The notes beneath the pieces were generated by a model. It was given only the letters and a program-made list of their open reading frames with translations. It had not been told where the DNA came from and made no database searches. This document shows positions 36,301-47,427 of a stretch of DNA of 48,501 nucleotides, piece by piece. Source of the stretch: Octopus sinensis (taxonomy: Eukaryota); assembly GCF_006345805.1 (NCBI RefSeq), contig NW_021834431.1, positions 1-48,501 on the forward strand, given 5' to 3'. Both the position numbers and the translations under genes were made by a program. Within the stretch, counting starts at the first letter, position 1, and the number at the start of each line of letters is the position of its first letter.

Positions 36301-37553
36301 TTTGTCCGGCGCTAAGCATTTTGCCCGCGTTAAGCGTTTTCTCCGGCGTTAAGCTTTTTGTCCGGCGTTAAGCATTTTGCTTGGCGCTTAAGCATTTTGT
36401 AAGGAGCTTAAGCATTTTGTCCGGCGTTAAGCATTTTGCTTGGCGCTTAAGCATTTTGTCCGGAGCTTAAGCATTTTGTCCGGAGCTTAAGCATTTTGTC
36501 CGGAGCTTAAGCATTTTGTCCGGCGTTAAGCATTTTGTCCGGCGTTAAGCATTTTGCTTGGCGCTTAAGCATTTTGTCCGGAGCTTAAGCATTTTGTCCG
36601 GAGCTTAAGCATTTTGTCCGGCGTTAAGCCTTTTGTCCGGCGTTAAGCATTTTGCTTGGCGCTTAAGCATTTTGTCCGGAGCTTAAGCATTTTGTCCGGC
36701 GTTAAGCCTTTTGTCCGGCGTTAAGCATTTTGCTTGGCGCTTAAGCATTTTGTCCGGAGCTTAAGCATTTTGTCCGGCGTTAAGCTTTTTGTCCGGCGTT
36801 AAGCATTTTGCTTGGCGCTTAAGCATTTTGTCCGGAGCTTAAGCATTTTGTCCGGAGCTTAAGCATTTTGTCCGGAGCTTAAGCATTTTGTCCGGAGCTT
36901 AAGCATTTTGTCCGGCGTTAAGCCTTTTGTCCGGCGTTAAGCATTTTGCTTGGCGCTTAAGCATTTTGTACGGAGCTTAAGCATTTTGTCCGGAGCTTAA
37001 GCATTTTGTCCGGAGCTTAAGCATTTTGTCCGGAGCTTAAGCATTTTGTCCGGAGCCTAAGCATTTTGTCCGGCGTTAAGCCTTTTGTCCGGCGTTAAGC
37101 ATTTTGCTTGGCGCTTAAGCATTTTGTCCGGAGCTTAAGCATTTTGTCCGGAGCTTAAGCATTTTGTCCGGCGTTAAGCTTTTTGTCCGGCGTTAAGCAT
37201 TTTGCTTGGCGCTTAAGCATTTTGTCCGGAGCTTAAGCATTTTGTCCGGCGTTAAGCCTTTTGTCCGGCGTTAAGCATTTTGCTTGGCGCTTAAGCATTT
37301 TGTCCGGAGCTTAAGCATTTTGTCCGGCGTTAAGCCTTTTGTCCGGCGTTAAGCATTTTGCTTGGCGCTTAAGCATTTTGTCCGGAGCTTAAGCATTTTG
37401 TCCGGAGCTTAAGCATTTTGTCCGGAGCTTAAGCATTTTGTCCGGCGCTAAGCCTTTTGTCCGGCGTTAAGCATTTTGCTTGGCACTTAAGCATTTTATC
37501 CGGCGCCTAAGCATTTCGTCCGGCGCTAAGCATTTTCTCTGTCGCTAAGCATT
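36301..37553. repeat. 19-20-bp minisatellite (~1.25 kb, roughly 60-65 units) with patterned variant order
   Basis: Units TTAAGCATTTTGTCCGGAGC, TTAAGC(A/C/T)TTTTGTCCGGCG and TTAAGCATTTTGCTTGGCGC. The edges are degenerate and the centre is homogeneous. Confidence 0.97.
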
Positions 37554-38248
37554 ATCATCATCATCATCATCATCAAAACAACAACGATATACAATAACAA
37601 TGATGATTTCTTTTAATAACAACAACAACGGCATAATGATTATGATGATGATGATGACGAAGATGCAAAAGAACAAGAAGGACGAGGGTGGGGGGGCAAA
37701 GGCAAAAAAGATGATGAAGAATAAGAAAAATTAGAAGAGGAAGAATAGTAGCAGAGGAGGGTGGAGTATGTGGTAAATGTAATAAAAGACTGTAATTGTA
37801 TTGTAAAATATGGTATTTTTTTTTTCGTTATGTTTCAATTACAAACATCAATATTTGACATTAAAACATCTCTCCCACTTCTACTCCCCTTCTCCCTCCT
37901 CCCCACCTGACTCATGTATATGGTATGTCTTCCTCCCTACATCATCATCATCATCATCATCAATCAACACCACCACCAGTACCACCGCCGCCGCCGCCGC
38001 CGCTACCATCCGTAACAATGACGAGAACAATAACATCAACACTATCACAATACACTCTCTTCCGCCACCTCTACCACTATCACCGGCACCGGCACCGGCA
38101 CCCCCACTCCTACCCACACCTCACCCCCACCACAACTACAGTCATTACTGTGCCTCCCCCAATACCAGGGCGCCCATACCTTCTCATCGTATCACAATAT
38201 AACATCAGTACTACGACGGTAGGAGAGTAAACAAATTCTATTAGACAC

Positions 38249-38249
<1 letters not shown>

Positions 38250-38316
<67 letters not shown>

Positions 38317-38652
38317 GTGTCTGTCTATCACACTTTCTCTCTGTGTCTATCTATCCGTTTACCTTATGTATGTATGTATGTATGTATGTATGTATGTATG
38401 TATGTATGTATGTATCTATCTATCTATCTATCTATTCGTGTCTGTCTATCACTCTTTCTCTCTCTATCTATCCGTTTACCTTATGTATGTCTGTATCTAT
38501 CTATCTATATATCTATCCGCCTGCCTGTCTGTCTATTTATCTTTTTACCTATGTATGTATGTATGTATGTATGTATGTATGTATGTATGTATGTATGTAT
38601 GTATGTATGTATCTATTTATCTATCTATCTGTGTGTCTGTGTGTCTGTCTGC

Positions 38653-38719
<67 letters not shown>

Positions 38720-38826
38720 CTATATCTTTCTATCTGTCTGTCTGGATGTCTATCAGTATATCCATTAATCTCTCTCACTTTCTCTTTTTCTTTTTCTCAA
38801 TCTGTGTATATGTGCATGTGTGCGTG

Positions 38827-38874
<48 letters not shown>

Positions 38875-38890
38875 CGTGAGAGAGAGAGAG
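38250..38890. repeat. Compound (TATC)/(TATG)/(TGTC)/(TA)/(GA) microsatellite block
   Basis: Directly visible. Confidence 0.9.
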
Positions 38891-39185
38891 AGGGTGGTGC
38901 GCGCTCAATAAGAATTTCTAAACATAAAATTGCATTTGTCCGAGCAACTGAATTACCTGCTGATTAAATTATCGCATAACAGGCTGAGTATTCCATAGAC
39001 GCCGGCACACTAATATAATTTTCATTTAGGGGAAGCTGGATTTTTAAACTTGAAGAACATTTCAGCCGATACGAAACCCCAATTGATCATCCTAAATTTT
39101 TTTCCAGTCATGACAATTATTTCAATTTTTTCAACAATGTCGTACTTTTGCAAGAAAATTAAATTTTTTCCCCGAAAAGTTAAAA

Positions 39186-39596
39186 ATAAAGAAGCTACGA
39201 GCGTTTTAAATTATGTAATTTCAGCCAATCATAAACCTCGATTGTCCATATAGAGGACAATGTTGTCATGACGAATTCCGTTTATCGCCGTTTACTCACA
39301 CGCAGACGATAAGAAAATGAAAATATAACTGAATCTTTAGAAAGGAAATATCAAGGAAGATTGAATGTTTTTATAAAAAGAATTGAATGAAAGAAAACGT
39401 GTTTTTTTCACGAATGAAAAGAATTGAATATTTTCCAAACATTAACGCGATTGTGCTATACGTTCTAATAATATCAGAAATAGGGGTAAATAACGATAGG
39501 CTGGAGTTCTTATGACCACATTGTCCGCTATGGAGGCTTCCGATTGGCTAAAATTATGAAATTTTAAATCCTTTCAATTTCTTTATTATTATAATT
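39186..39596. mobile_element. Decayed foldback element with ~110-bp imperfect inverted arms
   Basis: AGCCAATCATAAACCTC..TAGAGGACAATGTTGTCATGACGAATTCC on the left versus the reverse complement of GGAGTTCTTATGACCACATTGTCCGCTATGGAGGCTTCCGATTGGCT on the right. Confidence 0.6.
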
Positions 39597-39611
39597 TGCA
39601 GGAAAAAAACT

Positions 39612-40031
39612 GGGATCTTTTCGGTTTGACCGGCAGTTTTTTCTAGCGGTGTCATATGAAATTGTTACCCATAATTTTGACCCTAGTATCGATCTCTTGC
39701 ATTTCAATCTGTTTTAGGGTTAGGGTTTGAGTTAGGGTTAGGGTTGGGGGAAGGGTATCTTTTTTTCTTCAGAAATGTAAATAAACCCAATCTGTTTCTT
39801 AAACGAAGGACATATTCATACGGCACAGAATGTTTTCACCTTAATTTCTGAAATTGCAGAAATTGAAGAAAAATAAGCCCAACAAATATCTTACAAACTA
39901 TAGAATTTTCTCAATAAAGCCAAGAGAAAAAGATGTTTTATAAACACATTCTACCAGTATACGAAGTTTAGAAGATTTTTTAGTTACGTGGAAATTATTT
40001 TTAAAAAACTGCCGGTCAAACCGAAAAGACC
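39612..40031. mobile_element. Non-autonomous TIR element with internal telomere-like (TTAGGG)n
   Basis: Perfect 27-bp inverted repeat TCTTTTCGGTTTGACCGGCAGTTTTTT (39616-39642 / 40003-40029). Four TTAGGG units plus TTGGGG at 39714-39750. Confidence 0.8.
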
Positions 40032-40470
40032 GTAAAACTGAATGCAAATCAACAAAATTGCATTGTTCAGGTGAAAATTTAACCAGGTACTTACGGCTTC
40101 CTAACTTCAATCATTTGGTATGGGTCGATTTGTGACAATAGAAGATGGAGCACTTGGCCAAAGTATCAAGAACCGGGTCAGACGTTCACTAAATTTCATG
40201 CCACTAACGATGCGCGAATCGATCAAGGTGTGCAGGTAATATAAATTATTGATACGTACAAACACATAGGATAGGAAGCAAACAGAGAGTCTAAATGCTC
40301 TGACGCACACACGCATGCACAGATGCACGCGCACACGCATGCACACACACACACACACATACACACACACGCATACACGCACACACAACACACACACACA
40401 GAATCAAAGTCATACACGGATAATCGGACACACACATACATGCACACACACACACACACACACCACACAT

Positions 40471-40511
<41 letters not shown>

Positions 40512-40514
<3 letters not shown>

Positions 40515-40770
40515 GAGCGCAATGGCCCAGTGGTTAGGGCAGCGGACTCGCGGTCGTATCGTAGGATCCCGATTTCGATTCCCAGAGTGTTCATTGAGCG
40601 AAAATACCTAAAATCTCCACGAGGCTCCGGCAAGGAGTGGTGTACTCTTTTCACCGCAACTTTCTCTCACTCTTTCTTCCTGTTTCTGTTGTACCTGTAT
40701 TTCAAAGGGCCAGCCACTTCCACGATAATTTCACGAGCAGGAAACGCGTCGTCGTAACCGACGGAGTGCC
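40512..40770 (+). mobile_element. SINE family A with multiple internal deletions
   Basis: Head and tail retained; at least three internal deletions relative to 47035-47424. Confidence 0.85.
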
Positions 40771-40811
40771 ACGTTATATATATGTGTGTATCTGTATGTA
40801 TATAATTATAC

Positions 40812-41172
40812 GTGGAGGCGCAATGGCCCAGTGGTTAGGGCAGCGGACTCGCGGTCGTAGGATCGCGGTTTCGATTCCCAGACCGGGCGTTGTGAGTGTT
40901 TATTGAGCGAAAACACCTAAAGCTCCATGAGGCTCCGGCAGGGGATGGTGGTGATCTCTGCTTTCTCTCACTCTTACTTCCTGTTTCTGTTGTACCTGTA
41001 TTTCAAAAGGGCCGGCCTTGTCACTCTGTGTCACGCTGAATATCCCCGAGAACTACGTTAAAGGTACACGTGTCTGTGGAGTGCTCAGCCACTTCCACGT
41101 TAATTTCACGAGTAGGCTGTTCCATTGATCGGACCGACTGGAACCCTCATCGTCATAACCGACGAAGTGCCA
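40812..41172 (+). mobile_element. SINE family A, tandem partner of 40512-40770
   Basis: Shares the tail variant GTGCCACGTTATATA and the downstream flank CTGTATGTATATAATTATACGT with the upstream copy. Confidence 0.88.
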
Positions 41173-41506
41173 CGTTATATATATATATGTGCGTGTGTCT
41201 GTATGTATATAATTATACGTACATACACACCCATACACACACATTTTACATTTCCCAACAGAAAATGTAAGACATTAAGTAACTAAATACCAAAAGTCAC
41301 ACGAACTGGAAACAGCAGAAGAAAACTCCGAAGGAGTGTGCAAAATCCATTTTGTTCCATATTGCAACGAAATGTCCGTACTCAAGGGGGAGGCCGGACA
41401 GACATTTGGACAGGGGCCAAAGGAAAAGATAATAATTTTCGTGTTTGATAAATAGCCTCGCCTGCGACTGTTATATATCATTAGTTGATGATATCAATGT
41501 ATGTGA

Positions 41507-41550
<44 letters not shown>

Positions 41551-41797
41551 TATATATATATATATGATATATATATATTATAATAATTTATATACTTTCT
41601 CTCTCGCACACAGGCACACGAAAAAATCCCTCAAGACACGTGTGTGTGTGTTTGTGTGTGTGTGGTGTGTGTAAGTCTGTGGGTATTATATAGATATACA
41701 CACATATATATATATATGTATATGCATATATTCATATGCGTGTGTGTGTATGTATGTCTATATATATATACATCCATACATAATACACACACATATG

Positions 41798-41838
<41 letters not shown>

Positions 41839-42304
41839 CAGGTATACGTATATATATTTACACAGAGCCTTTTATATGTATTACACATATGTCTATGAAT
41901 ACTGTATCTGCATATATACACACACGCGCATGCACACACATATATAAATACAGATGCATACATATATATGCATATATGCATATATATATATATGTCCATA
42001 ATTATACATATATATGAACACATAGATACATTTACACCTCTCACACGCATAATATGTATATATATATGCGTGGAGGTGAGGGGCTGGACTGAAATAAAAA
42101 TATTAAAAAAAAACACAGCATTCATCTTAAAATAAAACATGTGTTGTATATATATTTCCCCGGAACAGATTGATGTTTCCAACAGAGATACGGTTATTAA
42201 AATATACAACCGTACAACACCCTTGTCAGCAGGCGATTGACAGACATGCATGACAATGTTTCTGGTTTTCTTTAAACACATGTTGGTTGTACAAACAAGT
42301 AGAA

Positions 42305-42701
42305 TGGAATGGAAGCACTCCGTCGGTTACGACGACGAGGGCTCCGGTTGATCCGAATCAATGGACCAGCCTGCTCGTGGTGAAATTAACGTGTAAGTGG
42401 CTGAGCACTCCACAGACACGTGTACCTTTAACGTAGCTCTCGGGGGATATTCAGCGTGACGACACAGAGAGTGACAAGGCCGGCCCTTTTGAAATACAGG
42501 TACAACAGAAACAGGAAGTAAGAGTGAGAGAAAGTTGTGGTGAAAGAGTACAGCAGGGATCACCACCATCCCCTGCCGGAGCCTCGTGGACTTTAGGTGT
42601 TTTCGCTCAATAAACACTCACAACGCCCGGTCTGGGAATCGAAACCGCGATCCTATGACCGCGAGTCCGCTGCCCTAACCACTGGGCCATTGCCCCTCCA
42701 C
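42305..42701 (-). mobile_element. SINE family A, full length, 14-bp TSD
   Basis: TSD ACAAACAAGTAGAA at 42291-42304 and 42702-42715. Confidence 0.95.
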
Positions 42702-42844
42702 ACAAACAAGTAGAACCACTACAAATACTCAACAACAGAACTGTTTAGAGAACAGTTTCTCAGTGTGTGAAGTTTAGGTTGAACAGAGAGAGCTTTCGTT
42801 TCGTAAAACTTTGACGGTAATCATAGGAACAGTCCCTTCTCAAA

Positions 42845-42975
42845 AGAAGCTTCCTTCCCAACATACATGGTCCCACTGCGTAGCACCTAGGGCAAGTGTT
42901 TTCTACTATAGCCTCTGGCCGACAAAATCTTATGAATGGATTTGGTAGACGGAAACTGAAAGGAACCCGCCGTAT
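42845..42975 (+). mobile_element. SINE family C 5' half, degraded
   Basis: GGGCAAGTGT-TTCTACTATAGCCTC..GGATTTGGTAGACGGAAACTGAAAG. Confidence 0.7.
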
Positions 42976-42977
42976 CT

Positions 42978-43420
42978 ATATTTCGTTATTGCCCATAAGG
43001 GGCTAAACATAGAGGGGACAAACAAGGACAGACAAACGGGTTAAGTTGATTATATCGATCTCATTGCATGACTAGTACTTATTTAATTGACCCCAAAACA
43101 ATGAAAGGCAAAGTCAATTTCCGTGGAATTTAAACGCAGAACATAAAGACGAACGAAATACCTATTTCTTTACTACCCATAAGTGGCTAAACATAGAGGG
43201 GACAAACAAGGACAGACAAAGGGACTAAGTCGATTACATCGACCCCAGTGCGTGACTGGTACTTATTTAATCGAATTTGAACTCAGAACGTAACGGCAGA
43301 CGAAATACCTATTTCTTTACTGCCCACAAAGGCTAAACATAGAGGGGACAAACAAGGACAGACAAACGGATTAAGTCGTTTACATCAACCCCAGTGCGTA
43401 ACTGATACTTTATTTATTGA
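42978..43420 (-). mobile_element. Headless SINE B multimer (three tandem bodies, one internally deleted and one partial)
   Basis: Junctions at 43162|43163 and 43309|43310 are identical to those at 4 kb and 35 kb. Confidence 0.8.
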
Positions 43421-43425
43421 CTCAG

Positions 43426-43504
<79 letters not shown>

Positions 43505-43825
43505 ACGGATTGATTGGTAGACGAACGATTGATAGATAGATAGCTATAAATGTCGGGTCACACAAAAAAGAAATACGAAAATCCTGTTTTCTTTCCACAG
43601 ATAAACCTTATCTGCTTCCCCCTTTAAACTTTACATCATGACACTGTGATACACGATCCCTATTGATCGTTTTTTCATTTTCCTTTTTTTATTTTTTTCT
43701 TTCTTTTTTTACGATCCCTTTTCATCGAAAACCTACCCCACTTTTTTTCTGTCCCCCTAAAAGAAAAGCTCTACTTTGTAATCTGTCTCGTCTGTGTGCA
43801 GCGCTGTGTGGCTAACAAAGAAACA

Positions 43826-43915
<90 letters not shown>

Positions 43916-43975
43916 GCGATCTATCTATATGTCTCTCTCTCCACCCGTTCGTCTATCTATCAGTCCGTCTGTCTA

Positions 43976-44016
<41 letters not shown>

Positions 44017-44490
44017 TTATACATCTATCTATCTAAATACGTACACACACACATATCTCAGAGGAAATAGATGACACGCTAGGCGCACGACAAAATTACC
44101 GTATTGACTGCAGTTTTTAACGGTATGTACAATACATTCCTTCTGCAGCGTGACCGGGGTAGTGCTCAATGCAGTCAGTATAGAGTTGTTACATAATATG
44201 AAGGGTGCGACTATTCTGAGACAAAAACACAAAACATGGGGGACATTGGTCTTTTGTACCATTAAGTCGAATTATTAATATTTTTTTTCTTTTGCTTGGG
44301 ATGGGTATATTCTTAAAGAAAATACCCAGATATTGATTTTTGATGTTGTTCTCAATGACGGTTACTCGTCGGAAGCGCTCACCATAGTAGAGCCGCATGA
44401 GTGGAACTGAAAGCGCTAGGTGTCCTGCAAAATAACCATATTGGTTGGCGTTCTTAACACTGTTTACGTTAAACTCCCTATATTATATAA

Positions 44491-44833
44491 ATGGCTTAAG
44501 TGAACTGACATTTGAAAATAAAAGCAAGGTTAATATATACATACATACGCACACACACACATATATATATATACACAAACACACACACGCACACACACAC
44601 ACATATATATATATACACAAACACACATACACACACACATATATATATATACACAAACACACATACACACACACATATATATATATACACAAACACACAT
44701 ACACACACACACATATATATATACACAAACACACATACACACACACATATATATATATATTAAAACACACACACATATACATATATATATATATCAACCT
44801 TTTCATTTCCAAATGTCAGTTCACTTAAGCCAT
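44491..44833. repeat. 29-bp inverted repeats (28/29 identical) enclosing a tandem array of ~32-bp (TA)/(CA) compound units
   Basis: ATGGCTTAAGTGAACTGACATTTG(A/G)AAAT at 44491-44519 and the reverse complement at 44805-44833. Confidence 0.75.
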
Positions 44834-44876
44834 GTGTATGCGTGTATACATATATATGTATAAATATATATATATG

Positions 44877-44938
<62 letters not shown>

Positions 44939-45120
44939 ATGTATAATATAATAATATATGTGTGTGTGTGTGTGTATATATATATACAAACACACACACA
45001 CACACATTTATATATATATATATCTATTTATGTATATATATGTATATGTTATATATATATATATATATATATATTCTATTATGTATATATGTTTGTATAT
45101 ATATATATATGTATATGTAC

Positions 45121-45170
<50 letters not shown>

Positions 45171-45542
45171 GTATGTCTGTATATATATCTATAATATATA
45201 ATATATATATATATATATATCTATATATATATATATATCTCCCAGAATGAATCATTTTTTAAGCGGACTTATAATTGTGAAGAAAAGAAAAAAACGTCAT
45301 GTCTAAATATCTAAAGCTGTACGTCACACCTTCGGTGAGAACAATAAGTAAAATTCACTGATTGTACACACATTGAATATTGAGATATAGAAATCTTTGA
45401 TGATAGCAGGGAACCTTTCACTTGCAGCGCAGAGACCTCTCCGTCTTAATGATCCATTTTCAAGCAAATACAATAACGAAAACGAATGCAAAAAGCAGCA
45501 CCAACAACAGCAACAACAATAACAACTGCAACAGCAGCAGTA

Positions 45543-45740
45543 GTGGAGGTGCAATGACCCAGTGGTTAGGGCAGCGGACACGCGGTCGTAAGAGCGCGGT
45601 TTCGATTCCCAGACCGGGCATTGTGAGCTGTTTATTGAGCAAAAATACCTAAGCCCCACGAGACTCCATCGGAGGATGGTGGTGAACCCCGCTGTACTCT
45701 TTCACCACAACTTTCGCTCACTCTTTCTTCCTACTTCTGC
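45543..45740 (+). mobile_element. SINE family A, 5' half
   Basis: tRNA-like head through TACTCTTTCACCACAACTTTC; the 3' part is absent. Confidence 0.85.
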
Positions 45741-45873
45741 TAAAAAACAGAGGAAACATGGTGTAACCCTAGTCTTTGTACCCCAGGATGGATCAGCTCT
45801 CCACGCGTTAAAAGCCACCTTTACGGAATGAGGATAACAACGCAGCTTTCGCTATATATATATACATATATCT

Positions 45874-45974
<101 letters not shown>

Positions 45975-46325
45975 CTTCTCTGAGCTGATGAAGGAAAAGT
46001 GGCGTTTTACCCACAAATCCAGAAACAGACTGTCCTCGGGTATCGTATATGGATGTGATCTTTCATTGTTGTTTTCCCTTATACCTATGTGAGTTATTTT
46101 CTGAGTATGCATTGTCTGGAGACTTTTATTTGCGTTGAAGAAATAGCCAAATTTTTGGCTGCTATTTCTGAAAAGTTCGGTGTGTGGTAAAGTGAATTTT
46201 TTTACTTTACCATATTTTTATAAATTAATACTTCAAATATACCGTAAATGGTCTTTACATACCGAATACTGCTTGGTCGAATTTATTAACAATTAATTAA
46301 TTCTACCCCTTTTTTTGATGACTAT
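45975..46325 (+). mobile_element. Non-coding (TA)n-flanked element with a 5' hammerhead motif (candidate non-autonomous Penelope derivative)
   Basis: Hammerhead at the 5' end; the 3' ~220 bp is homologous to 378-631; both ends abut (TA)n. Confidence 0.65.
45980..46039 (+). ncRNA. Type I hammerhead-ribozyme-like motif (best example in the window)
   Basis: Stem I CTGAG/CTCGG; core CTGATGA (45985-45991); stem II GGA..GTGG/CCAC..TCC; GAAA (46022-46025); stem III CAG-A-CTG; GUC triplet with predicted cleavage after 46034. Confidence 0.72.
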
Positions 46326-46331
46326 ATATAG

Positions 46332-46339
<8 letters not shown>

Positions 46340-46371
<32 letters not shown>

Positions 46372-46610
46372 TGTGTGTGTGTGTATATGTTTGTGTATCT
46401 GTGTTTGTCCCCCAACATCGCTTGACAACCGATGCTGGTGTGTTTACGTCCCCGTAACTTAGCGGTTCGGCAAAAGAAACCGATAGAATAAGTACTAGGC
46501 TAAGTTGAAGGAAAAAGTCCTGTGGTCGATTTGCTTGACTAAAGGCGGTGCTCCAGCTTGGCCACAGTCACATGACTTAAACAAGTAAAAGAGTAAAAGA
46601 GTAAAAGAGA
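46340..46610 (+). mobile_element. SINE family C, 3' half
   Basis: Microsatellite, then CTTGACAACCGATGCTGGTG..GGTGCTCCAGC-TGGCCACAGTCA-ATGACT-AAACAAG(TAAAAGAG)x3. Confidence 0.88.
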
Positions 46611-47034
46611 TTAATTTTAAAATAAGCCTGGTAGTTAGTTAATTGCAACATTAGTGTCCAAAAGGAACTGATATTCTATGTATCACAGCAGCGATATTTG
46701 ACTGGCATGCAGTGACCAGACTCCTTCTACTGATGACTTCTGCGGAATGAAATCACGGAATAAAGTAATTCCGCCGCCCATGATTGAGAATTGTTGCTTG
46801 CTACGATCTGCATGTGTGCTTTTATGCATCATTCGCTTATATGAGATGATCTGTCAAAACGCAGAATTCATTTTTCTAACAAAACATCGATTTTAACTTG
46901 AAAATTGCATGTGTTTGCGTGTGTGCAGTTGTTTTGGTGTCAACCCTACAATAAATTCCAATAAAAGATGCGAAAATATCCCTGTAAATCCTGAGAGCAC
47001 CTAACCGTTATTTGGTTCACCAGTACTACATATA

Positions 47035-47424
47035 GTGGAGGCGCAATGGCCCAGTGGTTAGGGCAGCGGACTCGCGGTCATAGGATCGCGGTTTCGATTC
47101 CCAGACCGGGCGTTGTGAGTGTTTATTGAGCGAAAACACCTAAAGCTCCACGAGGCTCCGGCAGGGGATGGTGGTGATCCCTGCTGTACTCTTTCACCAC
47201 AACTTTCTCTCACTCTTACTTCCTGTTTTCTGTTGTACCTGTATTTCAAAGGGCCGGCCTTGTCACTCTCTGTGTTACGCTGAATATCCCCGAGAACTAC
47301 GTTAAGGGTACACGTGTCTGTGGAGTGCTCAGCCACTTTCACGTTAATTTCACGAGCAGGCTGTTCCGTTGATTCGGATCAACCGGAACCCTCGTAGTCG
47401 TAACCGACAGAGTGCTTCCATCCA
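47035..47424 (+). mobile_element. SINE family A, full length, little diverged
   Basis: A box TGGCCCAGTGG, B box GGTTTCGATTCC and tail hairpin CGT-GTCGTAACCGAC. Confidence 0.93.
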
Positions 47425-47427
47425 TAA

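Noticed and set aside
36301-37553. Regular short repeats superficially resembling a CRISPR array
   Set aside because: Units are contiguous with no unique spacers, no cas genes are present, the context is eukaryotic, and the unit derives from a SINE.
39714-39750. Telomere or chromosome-fusion scar
   Set aside because: Only four perfect units in one orientation, enclosed by the inverted repeats of a mobile element.
46725-46770. CTGATGA-CTTCTGCGGAAT-GAAA
   Set aside because: No correctly placed UH triplet and no stem I; compatible with chance.
47035-47110. tRNA-like sequence (also at 22960, 29915, 40512, 40812, 42630 and 45543)
   Set aside because: These are SINE heads with A/B boxes continuing into a shared body; they lack a proper acceptor stem and are not tRNA genes.
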